A stretch of DNA of 63,362 bases, the filler included, from Licmophora abbreviata (taxonomy: Eukaryota): NCBI GenBank assembly GCA_900291995.1. It is 13 parts of 13 records of this genome, joined end to end, with 100 filler letters (N's around TTAATTAATTAA, not from the genome) between each part and the next. Parts side by side here need not be neighbours in the genome. Positions count along the whole stretch, not along the records: positions 47,944 to 56,707 come from OLMU01004759.1; positions 56,808 to 59,623 come from OLMU01004761.1; positions 59,724 to 63,362 come from OLMU01004762.1; 10 more parts are not named here. One strand, 5' to 3'. Below are positions 53,066 to 63,362 of this stretch, in pieces. The notes under the pieces were generated by a model. It was not told the DNA's origin, did no database searches, and saw nothing but the letters and a program-made list of their open reading frames with translations. The position numbers and the translations under genes were made by a program. Numbering within the stretch: the stretch's first letter is position 1; the number at the start of each line of letters is the position of its first letter.

Positions 53066-55195
53066 ATGCAGCACGATCAGCCGAGCTATGAATTCTCTCG
53101 GCCAATGCAAGTCGAAGCTCCTACGACGCAAGAGCGACTGCACCACAGCAGCGCGGCGGAACTACAGTTTGAGGTCGTTTCGCAATTGAACAACAAAGGC
53201 GTGACGCTTCTAGAGGCGTCAAAGCATACAGAAGCACTCAGTTGCTTGCAGAGGTCATTGCAACGAATCGAGGGGGTCAGCGCCTTGTCACATAACGTTC
53301 TGCTCGGACGAGGATCGTGGTCGAAAGGCAGCGACCACACACAGACTAGTTCTACACGAGCAGACTACATGTACCAACGTTCTGAATACGACGAAGGTAT
53401 GCAAACGTACTCGCGTCCCATTCGGATTCTCGATAGCACTCCACCGCATGGGAATGAGATCGTCATTACCGTTCTTTTCAACTTGGGACTGGCTCACTTG
53501 AGACTCTGCCAAGACGAGGCAGCCCTCGAATGCTTTTCTAGTGCGCTTTCTCTCTGCTCCTATTCTACTGGAGGCTGCTGCCCCAAGGGCCTCTGTACTT
53601 ATGACTCTGTAGCATCTGTGATCCTTCACAGTATTGGATACGCGCAGTATCGGTTTGCGAGGCACGAAGAAGCTATTCAGACTTTTCATGACGCCCTTTT
53701 ACTATCGAGTCACGAATACGGGACGCGCAGCTTGGAGCATGCCGCCGCCCTAAACTGTCTCGGTGTGCTCCACTTTCACGTATCTGAAGCCAATGTAGAC
53801 CAAGCACTGGAGTTTTATCAGAGATCCCTATTGATTCGTCGGGAAATCTTGGGTGTAAATCATGAGGATGTCGCAACAACTCTCAATAACATTGGTCGTG
53901 TCAACTACCTCAAGGCCGAGTACGACTTGGCTTTGGCTCACTATGGAGAGGCTCTTCGGATTCGACAGATGTTATTGGGAAATGGTCATCTCGACGTGGC
54001 TGCCACCATCTACAACACGGGACAGACGTACCATCAGAAGGGCTGCCTGACGACAGCTCTAACGTATTACGAGCGCTTTCTTGACATTGCATTGTCCAAA
54101 CTGGGAACGAACCATCGAGACGTGGCTGTTATGTACAAGTGCATCGCTCAGATTTACCACGAACGAAGAGAATATGATAAAGCACTCGGCTTCTACAAGC
54201 AGGCGTTGATGGCAGGCCGGGCTGCTCTCAGCAACATGCACCCTGAAGTTGCGTCGACTCTGAACAAGCTTGGAAATCTTTACTACGAGATGGAAGACTA
54301 CGATTCAGCCATTGCCATGTATCAACAAGGACTTGAAGTAGAGCGTTCCGTGCTGAGTGCCTTGCACCCTAACATAACTGTGACTCTGACAAACATCGCT
54401 CAGATCTACAAGCATAGAGGAGATTTCAAGGCTGCGATGGACCTATATTCTGAAGCGCTCGATCTCCAGCGCCGGACCTTCGGAGAGTCTCACCCGACGA
54501 TCGCAATGACTCTGTCAAGCATTGGCCTGATTCACTACCAGAATCGATTCCACTCCAAGGCATTGGATATATATCAGGAGGCACTTCGCATCCGTCGTGA
54601 CAATTTCGGCGACCTCCACCTTGAAGTGGCCTCCACGCTCAACTCGATCGGCCTCGTTCTTTTCAAACTTGGACGCCACGAGATGGCAATGCAAAGTTTC
54701 AATGAGAGCCTGCGAGTGCGGCACAAGCTACTGGGAAGAAATCATAAGGACGTGGGAATTATCTTGTACAACATTGCAACTATCCATTTGGAGAGGAGTG
54801 ATCACGAGGAGGCACTGTCGTGTTACACCGAGACGTTGAGAGTAGAGCAAATGGCACCAGACACGGACCAGGCGGATGTCGTTTTGACTCTACAGCACAT
54901 CGCACAAGTCCATCAGCAACGAGGTGATCTCAGCGATGCGCTCGAGCACTACGATAAGGCGCTCGCCCTCCAGGAAAGCTACCTGCCAAAGGACACCTTC
55001 GCCATGGCAAAGACATTAAATTGCATGGCTAACCTGCACTTACAGAAGGGCGAAATTCCAAAAGCAATGTCTTTCTTGTCCAAGGCATCTCGAATTCTGC
55101 GAGACGCAGGCCGTAGCGAAGACGAACTGGACTTATCCCTTGTCCATATGTATGGCTTTGACTCGGCCTACCCCGAGGGGGCAGCTGCAGCTTGA
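53066..55195 (+). CDS. TPR-repeat protein, divergently transcribed paralogue of 50132-52240
   Basis: Repeat-for-repeat collinearity with the neighbour (e.g. HPEVASTLNKLGNLYYE, HPNITVTLTNI), QRSEYDEG motif and C-terminal PEGAAAA. Confidence 0.9.
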   Translation: MQHDQPSYEFSRPMQVEAPTTQERLHHSSAAELQFEVVSQLNNKGVTLLEASKHTEALSCLQRSLQRIEGVSALSHNVLLGRGSWSKGSDHTQTSSTRADYMYQRSEYDEGMQTYSRPIRILDSTPPHGNEIVITVLFNLGLAHLRLCQDEAALECFSSALSLCSYSTGGCCPKGLCTYDSVASVILHSIGYAQYRFARHEEAIQTFHDALLLSSHEYGTRSLEHAAALNCLGVLHFHVSEANVDQALEFYQRSLLIRREILGVNHEDVATTLNNIGRVNYLKAEYDLALAHYGEALRIRQMLLGNGHLDVAATIYNTGQTYHQKGCLTTALTYYERFLDIALSKLGTNHRDVAVMYKCIAQIYHERREYDKALGFYKQALMAGRAALSNMHPEVASTLNKLGNLYYEMEDYDSAIAMYQQGLEVERSVLSALHPNITVTLTNIAQIYKHRGDFKAAMDLYSEALDLQRRTFGESHPTIAMTLSSIGLIHYQNRFHSKALDIYQEALRIRRDNFGDLHLEVASTLNSIGLVLFKLGRHEMAMQSFNESLRVRHKLLGRNHKDVGIILYNIATIHLERSDHEEALSCYTETLRVEQMAPDTDQADVVLTLQHIAQVHQQRGDLSDALEHYDKALALQESYLPKDTFAMAKTLNCMANLHLQKGEIPKAMSFLSKASRILRDAGRSEDELDLSLVHMYGFDSAYPEGAAAA

Positions 55196-55568
55196 AACGA
55201 ACGAGAGGTATCTTACCGCACCTGGTACATACCGGTAAATGTATACTTACTGTAATTGTAAAACATAGCTTGTAAGAGTAATTGCGACATTCTAGTAGCT
55301 ACACTAGCTAGTAGGTCTTTCGCCTTCCCCGTGAGCAGTTGACATCGGTTTCTCGATGGCAACGACACGACGCCGTGCGCGCGGTCGGCGGAGGCTCGCG
55401 CGCTCTGATGCAGTTTGCAGTTTGTGGATTCGTGTGCTGTGCATGATGAAGATGATGACTAGGAACCTACATTGCAATCCGCTAAAAGTCTTATTTGATC
55501 TGATCCTTTGGAAGTGAGGGGACATTCAATATAAACCACAGCAGCTGGCCAGAAACTTACGTGAAGAG

Positions 55569-56451
55569 ATGGGCTGCTGCTGCTCATGCCTGAAAAATGG
55601 GGGAAACTTGGACTCGGAAACGGAAATGGCCAACCGGCAGAACGCCCCAATGCCACCTGAGGTTCGCAAGAGCCTCAACATAGCCAGGGCCATGTCATCC
55701 CCCACAATCACCCTGGAAACTCCCACAAAGGTGAACTTTCGGGTGGATTAGAGCTTTCCACGACATTAGCTCTGGATTCAACTCACGATTCTCGTTCTCT
55801 TCTCCTCTCCCATACACGGTCACAATTCTTGGTCTGGTAATCTACATTTGTCGCTCTCGAAACTCGCCGTAGGCAACCGGAAGTGGCCTAGCACTGGCAG
55901 GCGTCAGCATTGAACAAGATGCGGCATACTGGGAATGGCATATGGAGGTAGCCGAAGGTGGGTCATCGCACGAAGTCATGTTTGGGGTCGCTACGAGAAA
56001 AGACCGACAATTCTACCAGGCGTTAGAGCAAAACGAAGATGATGGTAAGAGTAGAACGAATCTACAGTTCTCTGAACCTAACAGGAATAACGTGTGAACC
56101 AGAATTGATCAGGCGAATAGTTCTTCTAAACACCGACTTTCGTATCACACCGTCACAGAATCCAAGGAGACCCCAGGGGCCGCGCTGATGAATGAAGTAC
56201 CAATTTCCGAGGGTGACACGGTAGGGGTAGCAGTCCAACAATCAGATCTTCCCATGATTCAGTTTTTGATTAATGGCGAGCCGCGACATGACCTGGCTAT
56301 CAATAGATTTCGCGGGGCCGTGTATCCCTCAATTTGTCTTCCCTCGGACGGGAGCGTCAAGGCGACGCTCGTCATGGACGAAAATGAGTTTCGGGAAATG
56401 TCGCCTCACGCACGCTTTGGGCCCGTGATTGTCGCAAGAGGCATAATCTAA
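55569..56451 (+). CDS. SPRY domain protein (SPRYD7-like) with MGCC acylation motif; exons 55569-55730, 55873-56044, 56159-56451
   Basis: Two GT-AG introns restore the frame: ATGSGLALAGVSIEQDAAYWE, GDTVGVAVQQSD, QFLING and VYPSI. Confidence 0.8.
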
Positions 56452-56807
56452 CTATAAACTAAAACTAGCCAGCCAGAGAGCAGCCAGGATAGTTCCGGTA
56501 CCTGGTACAACCTCTATCCATTTACGAGTAGAGTCAGTCTACAGTGGTATGTCCGTCGACCCAGCGACCGAAGACAGAAAATCTATCGGTACTGTGACAC
56601 CTTTCCTTCTTCTTTCCGAATCAAGCAATAAATCCTTGGACCATTATTATTTAACGACACGCACCATTTCATGTCACACTAGACATTCTACAGATACGAC
56701 GCAGTAGNNNNNNNNNNNNNNNNNNNNNNNNNNNNNNNNNNNNNNNNNNNNTTAATTAATTAANNNNNNNNNNNNNNNNNNNNNNNNNNNNNNNNNNNNN
56801 NNNNNNN

Positions 56808-58686
56808 GGGCTAGTCGGCATCTGCTCTTCCGCCATGTATACCCACCACTGACCACATTCCTCACCAGCGTCGAGCTTGCGAGCAGCCGAGTTAGAACCA
56901 CTTCCATAACAGACGCCATTTACGCCACCTGCACCCGACAGAGAGTCGGGGATCCACGTCATGTCGTACGAGTCTTTGCAAACCTCCCAAGCAGCAGGGT
57001 GGAAGAAGTCACCGTGCATGCGCCATTTGGCCACCTTGCTGTTCTCCTCGCTGACGTAGGAGACTCGGACGAAAGATGGAATTAGGAAAGGACTAGAGGG
57101 ACCATTCGATATGGCCACGGTGACTCCGTCGGCGTTCTTTTCAGGTTGCGCGGGCTCTTGGTTGTTGGGAGAGGCAGCAGCTGCGGCCAGATCGGCACTC
57201 GCCTGCAGAAATCCGTTCACAGCACGAGTGGTCACCAACGACGACCACTTCAAGGCGACGTACAAGTCGTGATCGTCACTGCTGACAAGATCTCGGTGCG
57301 TTGTCTTGATGGCAGGGTTGGAATTCTTCTCATTACCCTCACCCAAGTAAGGAGGAGCCAAGATCAAATCCTGCATGCGCTTCTCCATGAAACCACTCTT
57401 GAGGTCGTGGCACGTGTCCGCAGTTGACGAGCTGGCAACAACGACGACTTGGACAGGGCTAGGGCGCTCCTCCACCTTAACTGTATTGTCATCCTTTTTG
57501 TCAATGGGCGCTGGCTTCCCTCCGCAGTTCACCAAATGAGAGTCCATCCAGTCGGTCCACTTCGCAGGAATAGGCTCGCAGACCAAGACTTGAACGCGAG
57601 CAGCAATCTGACCCGTGGCACACATGGCATTAACCTCCTTGAGATTGCGCTCCAAGTGCATAGCAGCGGTCTCCTGCTCCGACATCCATGGACTGGGTCC
57701 CTGCGCATGAATCGCCGGTGGAGCCGTCTCCCACAACATGGTCGTTCCTCGGCCAGCGCCAACCGTGTTCATCGTGAATAGAATGCGGCATCGATCCAAA
57801 CTGCTGGGATCAGGACCAGATCCCTTGTCGCCAAACCACTGATTCCACAGAGTTCCTTTGCCCATCGTGGGTCGAGCGGGACTTCCCATGGAAAGGCAAT
57901 TCTCCAAGAGTCGAGCATGCGCCGATCGCTCCGCTTCCGGCACGTCATTCTGCATAAAGAATTCCGAATACTCTGGAGTGCCTCCTGCGTCTTCCATGAA
58001 TCGCGCCGAGGTAACACCCGAGTCGTCGCGCCCTTCGAAGTAATCCGCCTTACCACGCGACTTGGAATATCGGTAAAAGTATTTCTGGGGAAGAACGAGG
58101 AGCGACATACGAAATTAGAGAAGGTTTTCAGCCACAGTTAAAAATCCAGTACATGAAGTAAGGGGATCAGATAGCGATTCTGATGATTAGGCGTCCTCAA
58201 GCAAAGGGTGACTTTGAACTTCGGATGAACTATGCGATGAGACATCGATGTCCTCATATCCCCGCTCAGAGCTTGGACGAAGATATAATTATATACGAAT
58301 AGAAATAAATTGTATCCCAATAACCGTAGTATAACGTTCCGAACCCAACAGCAATCAAGTTCACTTTCAAATCTTACCTGAAGTGGTCCGGTGTATTCGA
58401 ACCAATACTTGACTTCTTCGGGAGGCGTCTCCTCCATGAGCTTCTTGCGCTCTTTGAGATCTTTCATGAGAGGTTCCATATAAGAAGGAACGGAATCGCC
58501 GACTGAAACTTGAGTCAACCTCCTGTGAGTGCTCGCTTCCGGAGCAGATTGCGATGGAAATGTCGAGATGGCACTCAACACAAAGACGGACGCTGCCAAG
58601 AGTTTTAACGCTGTCATCGTCTTGGAAAGTCTTTCTACTATTTCGCCACCATTCTGTGTGTCGTTTTCATCCTGCGACGGAGCCAT
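56808..58686 (-). CDS. Hypothetical type-II membrane/secreted protein, 3' partial; intron 58377-58085
   Basis: GTAAGA...CCCCAG intron joins YTGPLQ|KYFYRY. N-terminal TM segment followed by an RRL motif; long open exon 2. Confidence 0.7.
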
Positions 58687-59290
58687 GGTGATAAAAAGTG
58701 TTACAGCTCTCTCGTGACTTCTCTTGTGCAACGAGGTGTTATGCGTTTTGAGAGCGTTTGGCAAACTCGCGATTGAAACTTTACGTAGAAGTCTACGTCA
58801 GTTTCATATGGGGGTATAAATGACCCCAACAAGGAGTGAACACGAATCACTCCAAAATTTCATATGACAAAATTGGACAGAAGCCAGACGTCGTTGTGTG
58901 GGGAGGTTTTAAAGGAGCGTGCAGCTCGTGATACTTGAAGTTGGGATACGGTCATGGGAGCATGACATCACATCGAGAAATTTACTTAACGAATGAAGGA
59001 TGACGTATGTTTGCTGGAGAATGACCAGTAATTTCTAGCCCTCGTTGCAAAACAGTTCTATTTCATCAAATAGATCCTACATGGACGAGTAGTATTGACG
59101 AAACGACGAGGATTGTTAGTCTCAAGACATACGTCGTACGTGGCACGGTCAAACGTCTTTCTCACAAACCCACAAACCCCACCAACTGACGAACGAGCAA
59201 CGAGCGCCTTCAGCCATCAGAACTCACCCATCACAACGACGATACGTGACGTCTCGTTGCCTTCCATTCTAGAAACGACTCTTTTGCACC

Positions 59291-60819
59291 ATGATGCGTT
59301 TGGTTCACGCCTTCCCGCTGCTCATGGCGCTAGCGTACACTGGCCCTGCGGCAGGATTCACGTTGCAGCCGGATTCTCGCTGCGCGCCTTTCGGAATGAG
59401 CATCACGCATCGCCGAAACACGTTGCCAGTAACGAGCATGCAGCCGCGTCCTGAGAGTGCGTCGCAGGCGGCGAGTGCTCCGAGGAAGCCGCCGGTCGCA
59501 CCCCAGCCCAAGCATGCGATTCCATCGATGGGTAACCCCCCTCCCCCTCCCCAGCGGACTCAGCCAGTTTCTGGCAGTGGAAGGCAGAGACCTCCGCAGG
59601 CGCAGCGGAAGCCGCAGCCGAACNNNNNNNNNNNNNNNNNNNNNNNNNNNNNNNNNNNNNNNNNNNNTTAATTAATTAANNNNNNNNNNNNNNNNNNNNN
59701 NNNNNNNNNNNNNNNNNNNNNNNCACACCGACGGTCGGTTTGAACGATCCACCTCGCACCCGTGGAACATACACAACGTTCTCTTCGAGTGGCACCCCGG
59801 CAGCCCCTGACAGGTATGAACCTCGTGGCCGTGCTTCAGAGCAGCCGCGTGCGGGAGAGGCTAGGTACGAAACGTTTTCCTCGAGTGGTAGCGCAGCTGC
59901 CCCTGACTGGCAGTTGCCCAATCTCAATGCTCCAGAGAGATCGGGCGCCCGTTACAGCACGTTTGCCACGAGTGGCTCTGCAGCTGCCCCGGAGAGGCAC
60001 CAACCTCGCTCCAACGAGCCAGTTACCGGAAGCGCAACCTACAAGACATTTGCGACCAGTGGCTTTACCGCTGCCCCCGATCGGAAAGAACCCCCCACCC
60101 GTCAACCGGCCATACCCCAGCTGGGCGACGCAATGTATTCGACGTTCTCTTCAAGTAGCAGCCCAGCTGCTCCTGACCAAGCATCGTGGGGCGTTCCGCA
60201 AACGAACTACGCTCCGTACGACAGAGCTGCTCCCCAGAGTACTGGTCCACGAAAGAGGGAATGGCCAGGACCACAGCCAAAGGAACCGCTAAGTCCGGAG
60301 CATCGCCAGGCCGATTGGGCCGCTCCCCAGCAGCGAGACACAGTTCGGATCGACAATTTCTCATTCGGAAGGGATAAGACACCATCTCACGATCAATCTG
60401 ACTCTGCTCCCATGGACACACCTCCGCCAAATGCAAGCGTGCCCCCAGCTGCTCAGGCCGCTGCCTCGGCCCCTCCTAAGGTAACTATGCCCCCGCCTGC
60501 TGCCACCTCGGCTCCGCCTACTAAGGCCACTGTGCCCCCGCCTAAGGTCTCGATGCCCCCGCCTGCTGCCAGCGCGGTCCCGCCCAAGGTCTCGATGCCC
60601 CCGCCTGCTGCTTCCTCGGCCCCGCCAAAGGTTACCGCACCCCCGGCAGCTCAGGTGGCCTCTGCGGCGCCACCGAAGGTAACCTCGCCCCAGGCTGCAC
60701 AGTCTACGACGGCTCCGCCAAAGTCACAAGCACCGATGCCTACGCAGACAGCCTCGATCCCGAGGAAGGGTCCAGCTGGTTCCATGGAAATGGGGGAGAA
60801 CCAGACGTCGGAGAACTAA
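59291..60819 (+). CDS. Pro/Ala/Ser-rich repetitive protein with signal peptide, split by a linker
   Basis: Signal ending AAG-F; five Y.TF(S/A)(S/T)S....AAP(D/E) repeats; about six PPK(V/A)(S/T)xPP repeats. Joining across the gap is inferred. Confidence 0.65.
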
Positions 60820-60885
60820 AACTTCGATGATAGCCATGCGTTCTGGGTGATCGCGAGCAAGTTGTAGTCCCTATACTCTTCGTTT

Positions 60886-61731
60886 TCAGATTCTACATTT
60901 ATTAGTACTTTTGAATCTAATTGGCTGTTTGTTCAACTCGACAATCGCCCACTCGGCGCTCACCAGTGAAACGAAAATGGAAATCATGGCGGCATTACCA
61001 AAATTCTCTCGCTGTTCCAGTTGAGTAAAGGGAGGATGATGGTACATCGTCATGAGCATGAGGCGTTGCAGTGCGACCCACATCCCAGACCCCACGTGTC
61101 GGATAATGTACCGTTGGTGCGCCTGAAAGTCGTGTTGTCGGGCCTTGAGTACCGCCATAAAGGCTGTACAGACAAACCACAACGATAGAAGTATCAAAAA
61201 GGGTGGTCCCGACGTGTACGAAGACCGCGGCAAGTCGGGAAAGAAGTTTTCATAGAAGAGCCCTCGCATGAGAATGAGCACCACGCCGATCGACATTAGC
61301 AGTGTCACGGCCATAAAGACATACCCGATTCGTCTGTGCAGAAGTCGATGATTCTTACGAAACGAAGGGTTCAACTGAAAAGGAATGGCAGCTGCCCAGA
61401 AGGCAGCAGGTAGAATATGCGTAAACTGGACTGCCGTGTGACCAGCATACTTGGTAGCGACACTGGGAGGCACCACGTGATACTCGGAGGCTGTAGTTCC
61501 AAATCGCTGCATAGTCGCATTGTTGATAACGTCCAAGACAAACCTCTCCCACCCCTTGACATGTCCAAGCATCCAGGAGGCAGGGAATACGAGAATCCAA
61601 ACGACCATCATGCCGCACAGAAAGGAAGTCAATGCATACAGGGTGATCAAAACTTGTCGACTGGAGGGTTCGCGAACGAGTACGTGATGTGGCCGCGCCT
61701 CGGCCGTCTTATTTGCCGAAACATGCACCAT
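60886..61731 (-). CDS. DUF2306-like membrane protein
   Basis: THILPA...PFQL...R..HR.LHRRIGY and AHQRYIIR conserved-histidine pattern with multiple TMs. Confidence 0.7.
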   Translation of the reverse strand: MVHVSANKTAEARPHHVLVREPSSRQVLITLYALTSFLCGMMVVWILVFPASWMLGHVKGWERFVLDVINNATMQRFGTTASEYHVVPPSVATKYAGHTAVQFTHILPAAFWAAAIPFQLNPSFRKNHRLLHRRIGYVFMAVTLLMSIGVVLILMRGLFYENFFPDLPRSSYTSGPPFLILLSLWFVCTAFMAVLKARQHDFQAHQRYIIRHVGSGMWVALQRLMLMTMYHHPPFTQLEQRENFGNAAMISIFVSLVSAEWAIVELNKQPIRFKSTNKCRI

Positions 61732-62153
61732 TCGTTCAATGGATACGACTTGTGGTGTCTAAATGCGATGAGAGATGAACGATGCACACACTGAGTCCAT
61801 CAAAAGACTGTCCCTGACGGCTCCAGTCTGATCCTTCTGAATACATCATCATCAGCGCCGTCACGCATCAGCACGCATCAACAAAATCTGACCGTCTCAT
61901 CGCCCCGAGCAAATGCTTTTGTCATGACATATATGGCGTCATTTTTATTTAACATTGGAAGCAGCCACGACACACATAAACCAAAAAACGCGCGCCCCCA
62001 TACTGAATATGTCCAATTTTGGCCACATACTCGTACACCGCCGATTATACTTTGTGACGATGATGTTGTCATCCAAATTCATCATAACGAGAGGCTGTAT
62101 GCCACGTACATGAATTCAGAACGACAGTTAGCGTCGGCACTATCAAAGATCCG

Positions 62154-63362
62154 ATGAAAGACCACCGAGGAGTGTCTCGGGGTGGTGCTGAGAGCGAAGC
62201 AGGACAGGACGTGATAATGAGAGATGGAGACTCATCGGAGCCGCGCACTGCAGATGATGATGAGCACATGGCCGACGCCACCATGGACGAAAACACTTTT
62301 CCACTACGACGGCGATCGGCTCGAGTAAAAAGGCGTCGTCTCCTGAGTCTGTCGACAGACAAAGAACAACAACAAGAAGAGGTACACGTTGGTAACCACC
62401 AAGAAGCAGCGATTCCTCGCACGGGACGTTCGAAACGTCGGAGAGTTCTAAGGAGCGAAAAGGAAACACAGACAAGGACCGCCAAGCCTACCGAAACATC
62501 CGAGCCAGCTTTTCACAACAACCCAAAGCCGAACGGTTCAATTCTTCCAAGTCGGGTATCGGAGAAGGGCGCGAATGTCGAGGCTATCAATGGGCAGAGG
62601 AAGCAGCGAAAAGGGACTGCGGTGAAGGGCGACTCGCATCGAGCTCCTTTGGTCACGACGCGAGTCGATGCAGTGTCAGAAACTACAAACGCATTCCAGA
62701 AACATGCCTATTTGACCAACCACAGCCACACGACAGTGGTACTGAACGCATCAGCAGTCTTTGTTATGCTGCTTTTCGAGTTGGCGCTGGTTTCACTCTC
62801 CACCCGACCAGGCGTTCAGCTTGACTCTTCTCGCTACCTTCAGTTGATTCTTGTTCCAGTATGTCTTTGTGTCATTCCATTGATCACAGGGATCAAAATT
62901 CCTCTTCTGACAAGACAGAAGACGTACTACCGGTGTTTTCATCATATCATTCCACCGCCGCATGTGCCAACACACGAGCCGCACGACAGTTCTGCCTTGA
63001 CGGACACGACCTTGCGCGACTTTTTGGCGTACCCCGAGGGCTTTCACTTGGGTCTTGCGCCGGCCTTTTTCGGTTTCTATGCCTACTTTGGAGCCCTCAC
63101 GGCCTGGGGTGAGAATGTTGAGTTGCCAGCGACCGATTCTTCCCCCAAACGCAACTGTCTCGAGTCGCAGATTCTCAGTGTTGCCGGCGCGTCCGCGGGG
63201 GCCATGTCGGCCGTGCTTCTTGCTGCCGATGTTCATCCACGACGAGCAGCCGAGTTTTGTCGCAGTATCACACTGAGCACCTTTGCGGATCCTCCCGGAA
63301 TCGGGGCTGCGTTCAAAGGGAATCTGTTTGAAGAATTAATGCAGACTTTCATGGAAAGGGAG
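62154..63362 (+). CDS. Patatin-like phospholipase, 3' end beyond the window
   Basis: Frame open from ATG 62154 to the window end, so it is not in the ORF track. LGLAPAFFGFYAYFGAL oxyanion region and VAGASAGA GxSxG nucleophile elbow. Confidence 0.75.
   Translation, partial: MKDHRGVSRGGAESEAGQDVIMRDGDSSEPRTADDDEHMADATMDENTFPLRRRSARVKRRRLLSLSTDKEQQQEEVHVGNHQEAAIPRTGRSKRRRVLRSEKETQTRTAKPTETSEPAFHNNPKPNGSILPSRVSEKGANVEAINGQRKQRKGTAVKGDSHRAPLVTTRVDAVSETTNAFQKHAYLTNHSHTTVVLNASAVFVMLLFELALVSLSTRPGVQLDSSRYLQLILVPVCLCVIPLITGIKIPLLTRQKTYYRCFHHIIPPPHVPTHEPHDSSALTDTTLRDFLAYPEGFHLGLAPAFFGFYAYFGALTAWGENVELPATDSSPKRNCLESQILSVAGASAGAMSAVLLAADVHPRRAAEFCRSITLSTFADPPGIGAAFKGNLFEELMQTFMERE

Noticed and set aside
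50132..55195. TPR genes as bacterial NLR/CHAT-type defence system components
   Set aside because: No NTPase, CHAT or TIR domain, and the context is eukaryotic; these are TPR-only proteins.

Overview
This window is a concatenation of 13 contigs joined by twelve identical 100-nt artificial linkers (N44-TTAATTAATTAA-N44), and it holds DNA from two unrelated organisms. Bases 1-16738 are high-GC alphaproteobacterial (Rhodobacteraceae/Roseobacter-like) chromosome. They carry a xanthine-dehydrogenase-family L/S/M trio, a glucosylglycerate synthesis/recycling cluster, cysK, qor, a truncated GST, a suhB/MmgR-like sRNA candidate, tRNA-Gly, an MsbA-like ABC transporter, a nitrilase-family gene, infA-maf-rng-yacG and tRNA-Phe. 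An island edge follows, with a small CxCGCG protein and an IS3-family element whose transposase carries a 39-bp in-frame palindromic insertion. Bases 16839-63362 are lower-GC (about 50% by eye), intron-containing eukaryotic DNA with diatom-like features such as bipartite plastid signals, eIF3d, TFIIS, PEPC and an ABCC transporter. The most striking locus is 27610-30893 (minus strand). Two ORFs, joined by a 74-nt GT-AG intron, give one ~1069-aa protein with an 8-TM microbial-rhodopsin-like domain that keeps the helix-G retinal lysine (EVGSK). It is fused to PAS-like, histidine kinase, receiver and HPt domains, making it a candidate self-contained light-sensing phosphorelay (histidine-kinase rhodopsin) in a diatom-like genome. 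Several single-base homopolymer losses in both genomes look like sequencing errors rather than true pseudogenes. All product names come from motif recognition by eye; no database searches were run.
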